Position numbers and translations under genes: made by a program
Notes under the pieces: generated by a model
The model's database searches: none
What the model saw: only the letters and a program-made list of their open reading frames with translations
What the model was told of the DNA's origin: nothing
Shown: positions 32,339 through 41,306 of the stretch, piece by piece
Numbering within the stretch: position 1 is the first letter of the stretch
Layout of the letters: the number at the start of each line of letters is the position of its first letter
NCBI GenBank assembly: GCA_963751455.1
Contig: CAVVUN010000009.1
Coordinates: 382,889-446,888, forward strand
Direction of reading: 5' to 3'
Origin: Nitrospirota bacterium
GTDB taxonomy: Bacteria; Nitrospirota; UBA9217
Length of the DNA stretch: 64,000 nucleotides

Positions 32339-32348
32339 GGGGGAAATT

Positions 32349-33125
32349 ATGACAACGACAACAACGGAAAATAAAAAAGCATTGCTCATTTCACCGGAGT
32401 TGTGCATCGGATGCAGGGGGTGTCAGACCGCCTGCAAGAATTGGAACCAGCTCTCCTCAGAGAAAACCAGGAACTCGGGGACGTATCAGAACCCCCCGGA
32501 CCTCGCGCCTACTGCGTTTAATATTATTCGCTACAGCGAGGTGCCGTCCGAGTCCAACCCGGTACGGTGGCTTTTTGTCAGCCGCCGCTGCATGCATTGC
32601 GGCGATGCGGGCTGCATGAAGATCTGTCCCGCTCCCGGCGCGCTTTACCGGACAAGGGAAGGCGCAGTCGCATACGACAGAGAAAAATGCATCGGATGCA
32701 AGTTGTGTGTGGCGGGCTGCCCGTTTGATGTGCCGCGCTATGACAGCAGCTCCAAAGTTGCCAAATGCGACCTGTGCGCGAACCGGATTTCCGAGGGCCT
32801 TTCCCCTGCCTGCGCAAAGACCTGCCCGACCGGCGCCATTCAGTACGGTGACCGGAACGCCCTGCTCTCTTCGGCGAAAAAGGCCGGCTACGCCAAGGTC
32901 TACGGAGAAGCGGACCTTACCGGGCTCGGCACTTTGTACGCTTTTAAGGATGCGCCGAAACTCTACGGCATGAACGAGAACCCTGCAATTCCGGAAAGCG
33001 TCATCTTCTGGAACAATGTGCTCAAACCGCTGACCGTAATCGGCCTTGGAGGAGCGCTGGCCGGTGCGCTCATCCATTACGCCGCCATCGGGCCGCACAA
33101 GGATGATGAGGAGGTGAAAAAATAA
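32349..33125 (+). CDS. fdnH: Formate dehydrogenase iron-sulfur (beta) subunit
   Basis: CIGCRGCQTAC, CMHC..C...CP, CIGCKLC...CP, CDLC..C...CP clusters and a C-terminal TM anchor. Confidence 0.92.
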   Translation: MTTTTTENKKALLISPELCIGCRGCQTACKNWNQLSSEKTRNSGTYQNPPDLAPTAFNIIRYSEVPSESNPVRWLFVSRRCMHCGDAGCMKICPAPGALYRTREGAVAYDREKCIGCKLCVAGCPFDVPRYDSSSKVAKCDLCANRISEGLSPACAKTCPTGAIQYGDRNALLSSAKKAGYAKVYGEADLTGLGTLYAFKDAPKLYGMNENPAIPESVIFWNNVLKPLTVIGLGGALAGALIHYAAIGPHKDDEEVKK

Positions 33126-33730
33126 TGAGTACGATGATCAGAAAAGCAAGCACGGGAGAGATCGTCAATCACTGGCTCCTGGCCGGAAGCTGCATCATCC
33201 TGATTGTGACCGGCTATGGTTTTGTTTTTAAAATGGAGTCGATCTACGCGGTTTTCGGAACAAACGAGGCCATGAAGATCGTCCACAACTGGAGCGGCGT
33301 GATATTCACGCTCTCTCTGGCCGGAACAATGTTCAACTACCTTGGCGAAGCCATGGACCTGAGCAAGGATGACTGGAACTGGTTAAAAATGGGCGGTGGT
33401 TACCTCTCGAAAAAACACGTAGTGGTGCCTCCGATGGGCAAGATAAACACAGGGCAAAAGCTTTATTATTTTGCGATCCTGGCAGGAGGCGCGGCGATCG
33501 CTGTAACCGGGTTTGCTATATGGCTCGTTCCCGGAAGCAGAATGCTGATCCTGGTATCGCACTTTGTCCATAACCTGGCGTTTATCTTCTTCGTGGTGGC
33601 CGTTCCGGTTCACGCCTATCTCGGCACTCTGGCAAATCCGGGAACATTCCGGATCATGGTATACGGAACAGTGCCTGTGGAATTTGCAAAGAAGAAATAT
33701 CCCAAATGGATGAAGGAAACGCGGATGTAA
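33125..33730 (+). CDS. fdnI: Formate dehydrogenase cytochrome b (gamma) subunit
   Basis: NHW, VHNWSG, KINTGQK, VH motifs; four TM helices. Confidence 0.9.
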   Translation: MSTMIRKASTGEIVNHWLLAGSCIILIVTGYGFVFKMESIYAVFGTNEAMKIVHNWSGVIFTLSLAGTMFNYLGEAMDLSKDDWNWLKMGGGYLSKKHVVVPPMGKINTGQKLYYFAILAGGAAIAVTGFAIWLVPGSRMLILVSHFVHNLAFIFFVVAVPVHAYLGTLANPGTFRIMVYGTVPVEFAKKKYPKWMKETRM

Positions 33731-33744
33731 TAGACTCCTGAATC

Positions 33745-33780
33745 AAAAGGCCCGCTTTCAATTCTGAAAGCGGGCCTTTT
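33745..33780. terminator. Bidirectional intrinsic terminator between fdnI and htpX
   Basis: AAAAGGCCCGCTTTCA-ATTC-TGAAAGCGGGCCTTTT perfect stem with A/T tails. Confidence 0.9.
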
Positions 33781-33807
33781 GATTTCTCAATCCGAAATCG
33801 GAAATCG

Positions 33808-34662
33808 TTACCTTCCTCTCGCCATCTCCTGCAGCCGCTGGACTCTCTCGGCAATCGGAGGATGAGTACTGAACAGCTTGAGCAGGCCGCCCCCATGCAG
33901 CGGGTTTACGATGAACATATGCGCTGTAGCCGGCTTTGCGTCATGCATCGGTATTACCTGGGAACCCCGTTCAAGTTTTTGAAGCGCGCTGGCCAGGGCC
34001 AGGGGGTTTCCATGCAGTCCGGCCCCGCCTTTGTCGGCTTCATACTCCCTCGTACGGGAAATAGCCATCTGGACGAGCATGGCCGCAATCGGCGCCACGA
34101 TCATCATAACAAGCGCAGCAATCGGGTTCCCTTGGCCTTCGTCGTCGTCTCTGCGCCCACCGCCGAAGATCATGGCCCACTGGGCCATTTGAGCCAGCAT
34201 GCTGATAGCACCGGCGATTGTAGCCACGATCGTGCCGGTGAGCATGTCCCGGTGCCTGATATGCGCCAGCTCGTGCGCTATCACTCCGGCAAGTTCCTCG
34301 CGGGACAGGATCTTCATAATGCCTTGCGTTACAGCAACGACCGCATGTTCCGGGTTTCTGCCTGTCGCAAAGGCGTTCGGGGTCTCATCCGGCATGATAT
34401 AGACTTTCGGCATAGGCATACTTGCCTTTCGAGACAGGTTACGGACTATGGAGTACAGTTCCGGCGCCTCTGCTTCATTGACCGGCTGCGCATGGTACAT
34501 CCGGAGCACAATCTTGTCGCTGAACCAGTAAGAGCCGAAATTCATGATCACAGCCAGGCCAAACGCGAAGACCATTCCTCCGCGACCGCCTATGGCCGCT
34601 CCTACGAACACGAGGAGCACTGTCATAAACACCATTAAACCGATTGTTTTTACCGTATTCAC
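33808..34662 (-). CDS. htpX: Zinc metalloprotease HtpX (M48)
   Basis: [14 protein letters not shown] zinc motif, [15 protein letters not shown]. Confidence 0.95.
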   Translation of the reverse strand: MNTVKTIGLMVFMTVLLVFVGAAIGGRGGMVFAFGLAVIMNFGSYWFSDKIVLRMYHAQPVNEAEAPELYSIVRNLSRKASMPMPKVYIMPDETPNAFATGRNPEHAVVAVTQGIMKILSREELAGVIAHELAHIRHRDMLTGTIVATIAGAISMLAQMAQWAMIFGGGRRDDDEGQGNPIAALVMMIVAPIAAMLVQMAISRTREYEADKGGAGLHGNPLALASALQKLERGSQVIPMHDAKPATAHMFIVNPLHGGGLLKLFSTHPPIAERVQRLQEMARGR

Positions 34663-34913
34663 GCTTATTTACCCTCCAAAACCTGCAGTTATCACTGCTT
34701 AAATAACAATACCACAACGAAAAATCAGAGTCAACAAAAACAGGTTTTGCGGCCCTGGCGATTCCGGAAAGCGCGTGCCCTTGATGTGCGCATCACTGCA
34801 GCAGTCCATGCTCTAAACATCTGGTGACCAATTCGTGTCCACACCCTCCAGATCTGATGCTGTGCGCGTTTTGTCATAAAGCGTCTCTTAGAACTGCCTT
34901 CTCAATTTTATGG

Positions 34914-34942
34914 TTGACAAGAAAAGACTGGTTTGTTATATT
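34914..34942 (+). promoter_or_regulatory. Sigma70 promoter of tRNA-Gly
   Basis: TTGACA-17 bp-TATATT with extended TG, 27 nt upstream of the tRNA. Confidence 0.7.
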
Positions 34943-34969
34943 TGCGAAGTCTTAAGCAGGAACTACCAT

Positions 34970-35045
34970 GCGGGTGTAGCTCAGTTGGTAGAGCACAACC
35001 TTGCCAAGGTTGGGGTCACGAGTTCGAGTCTCGCCACCCGCTCCA
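34970..35045 (+). tRNA. tRNA-Gly (GCC)
   Basis: 76 nt cloverleaf: GCGGGTG acceptor, AGCTCAGTTGGTAGAGC D-arm, CAACC-TTGCCAA-GGTTG anticodon arm, GTTCGAG T-loop, encoded CCA. Confidence 0.97.
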
Positions 35046-35069
35046 TTTAAGGCATAGAATATCAGGGAG

Positions 35070-36293
35070 TTAAGCGACACTGCTTAGCTCCTTTTCTATT
35101 TGTTGTGAAGGCTGAGCGGTCGACTGTGCTAGTTTTGTGTCAGTTGGAAGGGCGTATACTTCGTCCATAACGTGAACTGCTTTGGTGAGGTGTGCTGGGG
35201 CGAGATGAGCATACTTCATCGTCTGTTTGAGGCTCTTGTGTCCTAACAGCTTCGAGAGTGTAGCGATATCGATTTTCCCGGACATCATAGCGAGACTTGC
35301 AAACGTATGTCTTAGGTCGTGGAAGTGAAAATCACTTATCTTCGCATTCTTGACCGCAGTATTGAAACTCCGCTTCACACTGTCAAATGGCTTTAAGGTA
35401 AGCGGATCATGGAAGACGTAGGGCGCCAGCTCCTTCTTACCGTCCTTCTCAATAAAGTTGCGAGGGAGCTTGTTTAAGGTTGCCCGGAGAGTCGTATTGA
35501 TCGGTATTTCTCTCCTTTCCCCGTTCTTCGTCTTTTCCAGAAGAATAAATCCGTGCTGCAGGTCCACGTTATCCCATTTCAGCTTTAGGATCTCCCCTTT
35601 CCGCATTCCAGTATGGAGGGCGGTAATAACGACCGGCTGTAAATGAGGATCGCATACGCTGACAAGCTCCTGGGCCTCTTTCGCCGATAGATACCGCAAC
35701 CGGCCGACTTCCTTCGGGAGCTTTACCTTACGGATCTTCTTCAAGACCGTTTCCTCGACCATATCCCACTCGACGGCCTTCGTGAACATATTCTTGACCG
35801 TGTTCATTATCCGGTTGACACTTGAATCTTCCATTGGTCCGGGGGCGAGAGTTTTACCGGATTTAAAGACCTTCGGTTTTCGAAGCCCCTTCTTTCCAAG
35901 GCTTCTCTGTAACTCTTCCATTATATGAAGGTTGAAGCGTCTTATCAGTGTATTCCCTAGTTTGATTATCTCCGGTCTTCCGTTCGCGTCGATAATTGTA
36001 AGTTCACGTTCTTTAAGCCGGTCAATCATGTATCCCTTGACCGTACCAGAGCCCTGGCCTTCGACGGATTGTTTGTATCTGTCTGCCAGTATGTCAAAGC
36101 GATAATCTATAATCTTCTTCGGCTGCTCTGGTTCCTTCCCGGCCTTGATCGAAGCTACTGCCTTTGCTCTCGCGTCTACAGCGTCGGCTTGCTTTGAGGA
36201 AAAAGATGATTTTCGAATCATCTTCCCGGTATGGTCCGGGTAACGATACCACCAAGCGCCGCCGCGTTTATAAACTCCGCGATACTTCGCCAT
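35070..36293 (-). CDS. Tyrosine integrase
   Basis: N-terminal arm-binding-like region, TGMRKGE, TKNG, FHDLRHTFAS, LLGH, TMKYAH; complete R-K-H-R-H-Y set. Confidence 0.95.
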   Translation of the reverse strand: MAKYRGVYKRGGAWWYRYPDHTGKMIRKSSFSSKQADAVDARAKAVASIKAGKEPEQPKKIIDYRFDILADRYKQSVEGQGSGTVKGYMIDRLKERELTIIDANGRPEIIKLGNTLIRRFNLHIMEELQRSLGKKGLRKPKVFKSGKTLAPGPMEDSSVNRIMNTVKNMFTKAVEWDMVEETVLKKIRKVKLPKEVGRLRYLSAKEAQELVSVCDPHLQPVVITALHTGMRKGEILKLKWDNVDLQHGFILLEKTKNGERREIPINTTLRATLNKLPRNFIEKDGKKELAPYVFHDPLTLKPFDSVKRSFNTAVKNAKISDFHFHDLRHTFASLAMMSGKIDIATLSKLLGHKSLKQTMKYAHLAPAHLTKAVHVMDEVYALPTDTKLAQSTAQPSQQIEKELSSVA

Positions 36294-36310
36294 AGGACCT
36301 CCTTTCCTTT

Positions 36311-36616
36311 TTACTTTTCGACTCTAAAAACCACATCCGAAATCTTTTTTAAAATGGCTACAGACTCGGCATCCCGGGTAATGACAACCCTCTTCCCTGA
36401 TTTAATGAGTTCCGATATAATTCGAGTTGATTGTAACTTCAGGCTGGATACCGTCTCTTTCCGGCCTGTCACTGTACCGCTTATCGGTTCCAAGAGTGCC
36501 ACAGGTTTACCGTGTTTGGTAATTATAATCTGCAGCTTTCCCTTTTCCACCTCTGCGACAAGTTGAGTGGCCTTTCTCTCAATCTCGGAGACAGTGACAA
36601 ATTTCACACCGGTCAT
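36311..36616 (-). CDS. Phd/YefM-family protein with two tandem Phd domains
   Basis: VTVSE...IIITKHGKPVALL and ETVSSLK...VVITRDAESVAIL repeats. Confidence 0.7.
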   Translation of the reverse strand: MTGVKFVTVSEIERKATQLVAEVEKGKLQIIITKHGKPVALLEPISGTVTGRKETVSSLKLQSTRIISELIKSGKRVVITRDAESVAILKKISDVVFRVEK

Positions 36617-36699
36617 TCCCTCACCTCCCTTCTAGCCTGGTCCGATTATAGGTAAATCATTACTTAATGTCAATATAATAAAACGGTCTATAAAGATAC

Positions 36700-36984
36700 T
36701 CACTGAATAGAATTCGGCCTTCTCGTTGGGATTTCTTCGAAAAGACGATCAATAGGCTTTTTCCTGAACCGATAAATACCGTCCTTCTTTAAATGAGGGA
36801 GTTCATGGATATGGTTATATACCCATTTGGGCGTCGTAAGAAGATATTCGGCAAGGGTTTCGACCGTGAAGATAGTGTCTTGGGAAGTCTCGAGCTGATT
36901 TGCAGTAAATAAATACGGTTTAAGTATCTCCGCAACCTCGCGGGCGATCGCTTTTACATCCTCATCTTGGAATTCGATCTTCAT
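36700..36984 (-). CDS. Excisionase-like helix-turn-helix protein
   Basis: FTVETLAEYL...WVY...LPH.K.....RF.K..ID HTH_17 pattern; near the integrase. Confidence 0.78.
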   Translation of the reverse strand: MKIEFQDEDVKAIAREVAEILKPYLFTANQLETSQDTIFTVETLAEYLLTTPKWVYNHIHELPHLKKDGIYRFRKKPIDRLFEEIPTRRPNSIQ

Positions 36985-37016
36985 GTAAAATCCTTATCCA
37001 TCTTCTTCAACTTGAG

Positions 37017-37601
37017 TCAAAACAGAGTATCCTTGTTAATCACCGCTTGAAACGTGTTTGTGTTCATTGAGGGATTGATTTTAGCGAAAGCGTCATTCAA
37101 TAACTTCTGAGCACGGAGCGTTTGCGCCGGAGTCCGATAGTTTGTTATTCCCAAGAACTTTATCAGTTCGCTCTGCAGGTCCATCTCGTATCCGTCAAGG
37201 CTAAAGAAGCAGAAGCTTATATCATCGCCCTTCGGTAAAAAATGCCGTGTTTCCGTGTTGCCGGTCCCGAGGGCATAAAATTCTATCTGCCCGTTGGAAT
37301 TGACGCCGCCGAAACCGACAAAGACCTTGCCATGCCGATACGGTTTCTCTCGCAATTTGGCCTGTACATGATCGGCGACGGCCTGAAAATCCCCGTTGTT
37401 AGGTTCGAGCAATCCCGTTTCTCCGAGGAAATTTAGAATCAAGGCACGATCCGCGCCGCCGAAACCAACAATGAAATGCGGACTCACGCGAAAGAACTTT
37501 TTAAAATCTTCTTCACCGGTTGGTTTGCCCTCGCGTGAGACACGCCCCTCGCTCATTACGGTTAGGAAATTCTCCCGGGCAATAATAGAAATGAATGACA
37601 T
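37017..37601 (-). CDS. Hypothetical protein, possible Ntn-hydrolase/proteasome-beta-like fold
   Basis: Start MSFISII...VMSEGRV...KKFFRVS..FIVGFGG resembles the proteasome-beta N-terminal pattern; ORF track start 37694 overlaps the upstream gene. Confidence 0.45.
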   Translation of the reverse strand: MSFISIIARENFLTVMSEGRVSREGKPTGEEDFKKFFRVSPHFIVGFGGADRALILNFLGETGLLEPNNGDFQAVADHVQAKLREKPYRHGKVFVGFGGVNSNGQIEFYALGTGNTETRHFLPKGDDISFCFFSLDGYEMDLQSELIKFLGITNYRTPAQTLRAQKLLNDAFAKINPSMNTNTFQAVINKDTLF

Positions 37602-37603
37602 AA

Positions 37604-38524
37604 TTATTCTTCCTGCCAGAAGATAGCCTCTGAAACGGTAAGCTGTGCCATATCCGCCCCTGCAGTCTCTTTGCAGTAAAATCCGGCCACACAATCCGCG
37701 TTCGTAGACCCGGAGGGGATGCCGGTCGTGATTGACCCCTTTAAAACGTCGTCCACATAAAAGCCAACGTTATTAGATGCCGTTCTTTTGATCTCATATT
37801 TCTTCGTGGCGCCGGATACGGTTGTACTCAGATCGACTGTAGTCTCACCGCTGCCGTTGTTGACCACCCCGTAAAGTGTGGTGCCTACGAGTTTGAACGC
37901 AATCATCCGGGCAGAAACAGACGCAGCATCTATCATGCCCCAATAAGCAAGAAAATTTGCATCATTGCTGAATATTCTAACTTTCGATTTCCAGCGCCGG
38001 TTTTTGTCCCATGTGTAATCGAGAAGAGGCAGGCTCATCTTTTTGGTTGCGCCTGCCACATCACTGCCGGTGTTCACCGTTAAGATGATATCATTCCCGC
38101 CGGCTGTAACAGAGCCGCCGGCCGTAGTATTGACTGACAGAGAGTCAACATCCCCGAAAAGCAAATGGAGAAATATAGAAGTGTTGTCGTATGCGTTCGC
38201 ACCCAGGATACGGGTTTCCGGACCGATTGAGACATTTGTTCCATCGAATTGAAGATACTGTTTTTCGGATCCAATAAAGAACTTGGGCTTGTTGCTGTCA
38301 TCGTCGTCTATGCCGATGATAAAACCGGAGGCTGCGCCGCTGTTGGCAAAATCGCCGGTTGCGATGCCCGCTCGGATTTCTACGTCTCCTGTGCCGTCAG
38401 AAACTTCAAGCGTTATGGTTTTGCTCGTTATAGATCCGGCGGTGAGCTTATTTACATTGAGGGCGACAATGGCACTTCCAATCAAAAGCGATTTGAAAAA
38501 TTTCTTAATCTTCATGAAATACAT
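37604..38524 (-). CDS. Phage tail-fibre/receptor-binding-like protein
   Basis: LNVNKLTAGSIT tail-protein repeat, Gly/Thr-rich beta region, C-terminal lectin-like segment (YEI...VGFYVDDVL). Confidence 0.55.
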   Translation of the reverse strand: MYFMKIKKFFKSLLIGSAIVALNVNKLTAGSITSKTITLEVSDGTGDVEIRAGIATGDFANSGAASGFIIGIDDDDSNKPKFFIGSEKQYLQFDGTNVSIGPETRILGANAYDNTSIFLHLLFGDVDSLSVNTTAGGSVTAGGNDIILTVNTGSDVAGATKKMSLPLLDYTWDKNRRWKSKVRIFSNDANFLAYWGMIDAASVSARMIAFKLVGTTLYGVVNNGSGETTVDLSTTVSGATKKYEIKRTASNNVGFYVDDVLKGSITTGIPSGSTNADCVAGFYCKETAGADMAQLTVSEAIFWQEE

Positions 38525-38551
38525 ACCTCCGTCTGCGTCTCCTGATCGAAG

Positions 38552-38890
38552 TTATAATTTGCCATACCGAGCGCGGCTTTCATTTATTTTTGATATAGCC
38601 AGCTCAGCCAGAATATCAGTCAATATTTCGCTATATCTGGTTGCTATCGCTTGAACGGCGGTTTCGATGGACTGAACTTCATCGGGAGTTAATCTTGAGG
38701 GAAGGTCTATTTCATATTTGAGATTATTTAATCCATGCTTCTCAACAAGAGCCAGGACCTCATCACGTTTACTTTTCAGATCCCGTGCGAGTGCCATGTT
38801 TTTCGCTTCAAGAACATCGTCCAAAATAACTTTGAAGGCATCGATTATCGTCTTATTCAGTTTCTCCGGGAACTGAAAAACTTGTGCCAT
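38552..38890 (-). CDS. Hypothetical protein
   Basis: 112 aa ORF with GGAG RBS, tightly spaced in the minus-strand operon. Confidence 0.6.
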   Translation of the reverse strand: MAQVFQFPEKLNKTIIDAFKVILDDVLEAKNMALARDLKSKRDEVLALVEKHGLNNLKYEIDLPSRLTPDEVQSIETAVQAIATRYSEILTDILAELAISKINESRARYGKL

Positions 38891-38904
38891 ACAGTGGTCT
38901 CCTT

Positions 38905-40488
38905 TTAATTGTTATTCATTGTGTCGTAAATGGGTCCATGATCGTGGTATTCTTCAGCAACGGCCGTGGCCGCTTTCTTTTTAAATTCATCGTAGCCGTA
39001 TACGTCGCCGCCGATATGATAATGAATCTCTGTTTTTCTGTTCTGCCCCTCTCCCGGACGCCAGCCGGTGCCGCCGGACTGCGGGTTCCGGGGATCCTGC
39101 TCGTAGAAGTATTGATAGCCCCGGCCCTCGGCAAGACCGGTTGCTGAATTGGCGGCATAGGTGCCGACTGCGCCGCCTCCGCCTGCACCTCCGTCGAAGG
39201 TTTGTGCCCGAATCTTTGCAACCTGGGCAAGGCCAAGGGCAACCACCGACGCAGCAAGTGCCCAACCATATACGCCGCCCTGCGCAATGGCTTTAGATGC
39301 TCCTTGATATGTGTTGATAATTGCCTCGCTGATTGCTGCAGTCTTGTATATCGAGAACCATTTTCGAGCATGGGCGCCGCCCTCCTGGTACATAAGCGCG
39401 GCTGTCTGAGATATGTTGCCAGCAGTAGCTTGAGCCGACTGAAGCTTCATTTGATCGGACGCCTTCTGGTGTTTTAAAAGGAGCGACTGGCGGGCCATTT
39501 CATTACTGACAAAAAAGGCCGATCTCTCATCTTCGGTCTTGAGCGTGTCGTATTTCAATGCGGCCACGGCGGCGAAGGCTGCAATCTCCACTTGCTGTAC
39601 CTCTTCCATCCTTGCACCGTAGGCCCGATAGAGATCGACCCGTGATTGTTGATATGACACCTCATCGTTCAATGCCTTTTTTCTAGCGTTTTCCTGAAGC
39701 GTAAATTCACGGATCTGGGCGAATTCGAATTCGGAGTAGGCAGGCGACGACGAGGGGGATGGGCCTTTTTCTGATGCCGCAAGGCGTTCACGCATTACTT
39801 TGGTTTTCTTTTCTTCAAGATCAAGTTGGCGTCTGTCTTGTTCGGTAATGAGTCTGGACTGCAGGAGCGACTGTCCGCGAAAAGTAGCTTCTGCAGCAGA
39901 AAAAAGCGTCAATTTATTTCTCATATCGAGAACCTTCTGCTCTTGTTCGAATATGCCGCGCTCAAGCTGATCCTGGTTCCGTCTATATTCAGCTTTTCTA
40001 AGCTCCTCCTCGGCACTTATAAGTTCCTTTGTTTTTTGCAGAGACTTGTCTGCCTGCCCTATCCAAGTCATCGCGGCATCGGCCGCTTTCAGTATTTCAT
40101 CCCGAAGCTTCAGCTTCGCTTCTGCTGCTTTTTTTGCTTCTTCGGCTAGTTTATTGTTACGATCAATCAAGTGAGTAATTACGCTCACTGCGGCTGTGCC
40201 TGCGAGCACCCCAACGCCCAGGGCAGCGCCCCATGCGGGGAAGACCGAGAAGGCCATGCGTTCAACCGAATTCCCGAGTTGACGGGAGGCCTGGCCGTGA
40301 ATACCAATGGCCTGAGCGCTGTTCTGGACGGCGTCGCCGAAGGCGATGATGCCGAGGCGCGAGGCCTCGCTCTGCTTGCCGGCTTTCTCAGTGGCCTTGC
40401 CGGCGTCTTCGACGTGCTTCTTGAAGTTCTGGACTTTGATGGTCCCGTTGTCGTCGACTTCAAGAGTCATGAGGAAGGTTTCTGACAT
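38905..40488 (-). CDS. Tail tape-measure-like protein (527 aa)
   Basis: N-terminal LEVDDNG, Ala/Gly-rich hydrophobic stretch, long coiled coil, C-terminal K.AAISEAIINTYQGASKAIA...AQVAKIRAQ typical of tape measure proteins. Confidence 0.7.
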   Translation of the reverse strand: MSETFLMTLEVDDNGTIKVQNFKKHVEDAGKATEKAGKQSEASRLGIIAFGDAVQNSAQAIGIHGQASRQLGNSVERMAFSVFPAWGAALGVGVLAGTAAVSVITHLIDRNNKLAEEAKKAAEAKLKLRDEILKAADAAMTWIGQADKSLQKTKELISAEEELRKAEYRRNQDQLERGIFEQEQKVLDMRNKLTLFSAAEATFRGQSLLQSRLITEQDRRQLDLEEKKTKVMRERLAASEKGPSPSSSPAYSEFEFAQIREFTLQENARKKALNDEVSYQQSRVDLYRAYGARMEEVQQVEIAAFAAVAALKYDTLKTEDERSAFFVSNEMARQSLLLKHQKASDQMKLQSAQATAGNISQTAALMYQEGGAHARKWFSIYKTAAISEAIINTYQGASKAIAQGGVYGWALAASVVALGLAQVAKIRAQTFDGGAGGGGAVGTYAANSATGLAEGRGYQYFYEQDPRNPQSGGTGWRPGEGQNRKTEIHYHIGGDVYGYDEFKKKAATAVAEEYHDHGPIYDTMNNN

Positions 40489-40494
40489 AAAATT

Positions 40495-40686
40495 TTACTC
40501 CTCGTTGAGGTGTAAAAGCTCGTTCAGTTGGGCATTTAATTCGCGATCTAGTTGCTGGATCTCTTCAGCCGTGGGACGCGGATCAAAGTCCTTGCACCCG
40601 GGCCCGGAGCACAGCACTTGACGACCTGGCTGACTGATATCGAATCCGCAGATACCCTTGGCGTTCCAGATGCACGCAGTGTTCAT
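40495..40686 (-). CDS. Small Cys-containing hypothetical protein
   Basis: 63 aa with four Cys; start overlaps the upstream stop. Confidence 0.5.
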   Translation of the reverse strand: MNTACIWNAKGICGFDISQPGRQVLCSGPGCKDFDPRPTAEEIQQLDRELNAQLNELLHLNEE

Positions 40687-41279
40687 GCCTGTTTTTTGGT
40701 TAGGCCATCGAGTTCCTTCACCAGCGCATCAAAATCTGTTCGACGAGGCACCGGTAGCCGCAAAGCCTCAATCAAAAACCGGGAAAAATCCACATCCGGT
40801 AAACCGATCAGCATCATACCGGACGACAACTTCTCGGCCGCGTATGCCGCATAGATATCCGGGAGTGCCCGCAGACATCGCACACGAAGAGTATTAAATA
40901 TTTTCGAGTAGAGAATTGATTTTGCCACTGCTATTGGATGGCCCGCCCCCGGATTGCCTTCAGCCTCGATCGCGGCAAGAGCCTCTTTGACCGCATCTAT
41001 TTGGATGGTCGTTTCCTCGATTGAATTTTTGAGTTTGGTTCGCTGGCGCGATATAGTGGCTTGATGTTCAGAATCTATTGGCAATATCGCGATTGCACTC
41101 TGTTTGAACTGCTCTGCATTTTCTTCCAGCAGACTTACATTGTTTGTTGAGATTTTCTCCAACTCGACAAGTCGGGCACAGAGCGCCTTCTTTTTTTCGG
41201 TGCGGTTGTACTCACCATCCTCAACTTTGTGATATGCGTTGAGAGCTTGCTCAATGTCGGGCGTTATCGTTATTTTCAT
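40683..41279 (-). CDS. Hypothetical coiled-coil protein
   Basis: 198 aa, strong AGGAGG RBS, heptad-rich N-terminal half. Confidence 0.65.
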   Translation of the reverse strand: MKITITPDIEQALNAYHKVEDGEYNRTEKKKALCARLVELEKISTNNVSLLEENAEQFKQSAIAILPIDSEHQATISRQRTKLKNSIEETTIQIDAVKEALAAIEAEGNPGAGHPIAVAKSILYSKIFNTLRVRCLRALPDIYAAYAAEKLSSGMMLIGLPDVDFSRFLIEALRLPVPRRTDFDALVKELDGLTKKQA

Positions 41280-41306
41280 TGTTCCTCCTTTGATGGAATC
41301 GCAAAG

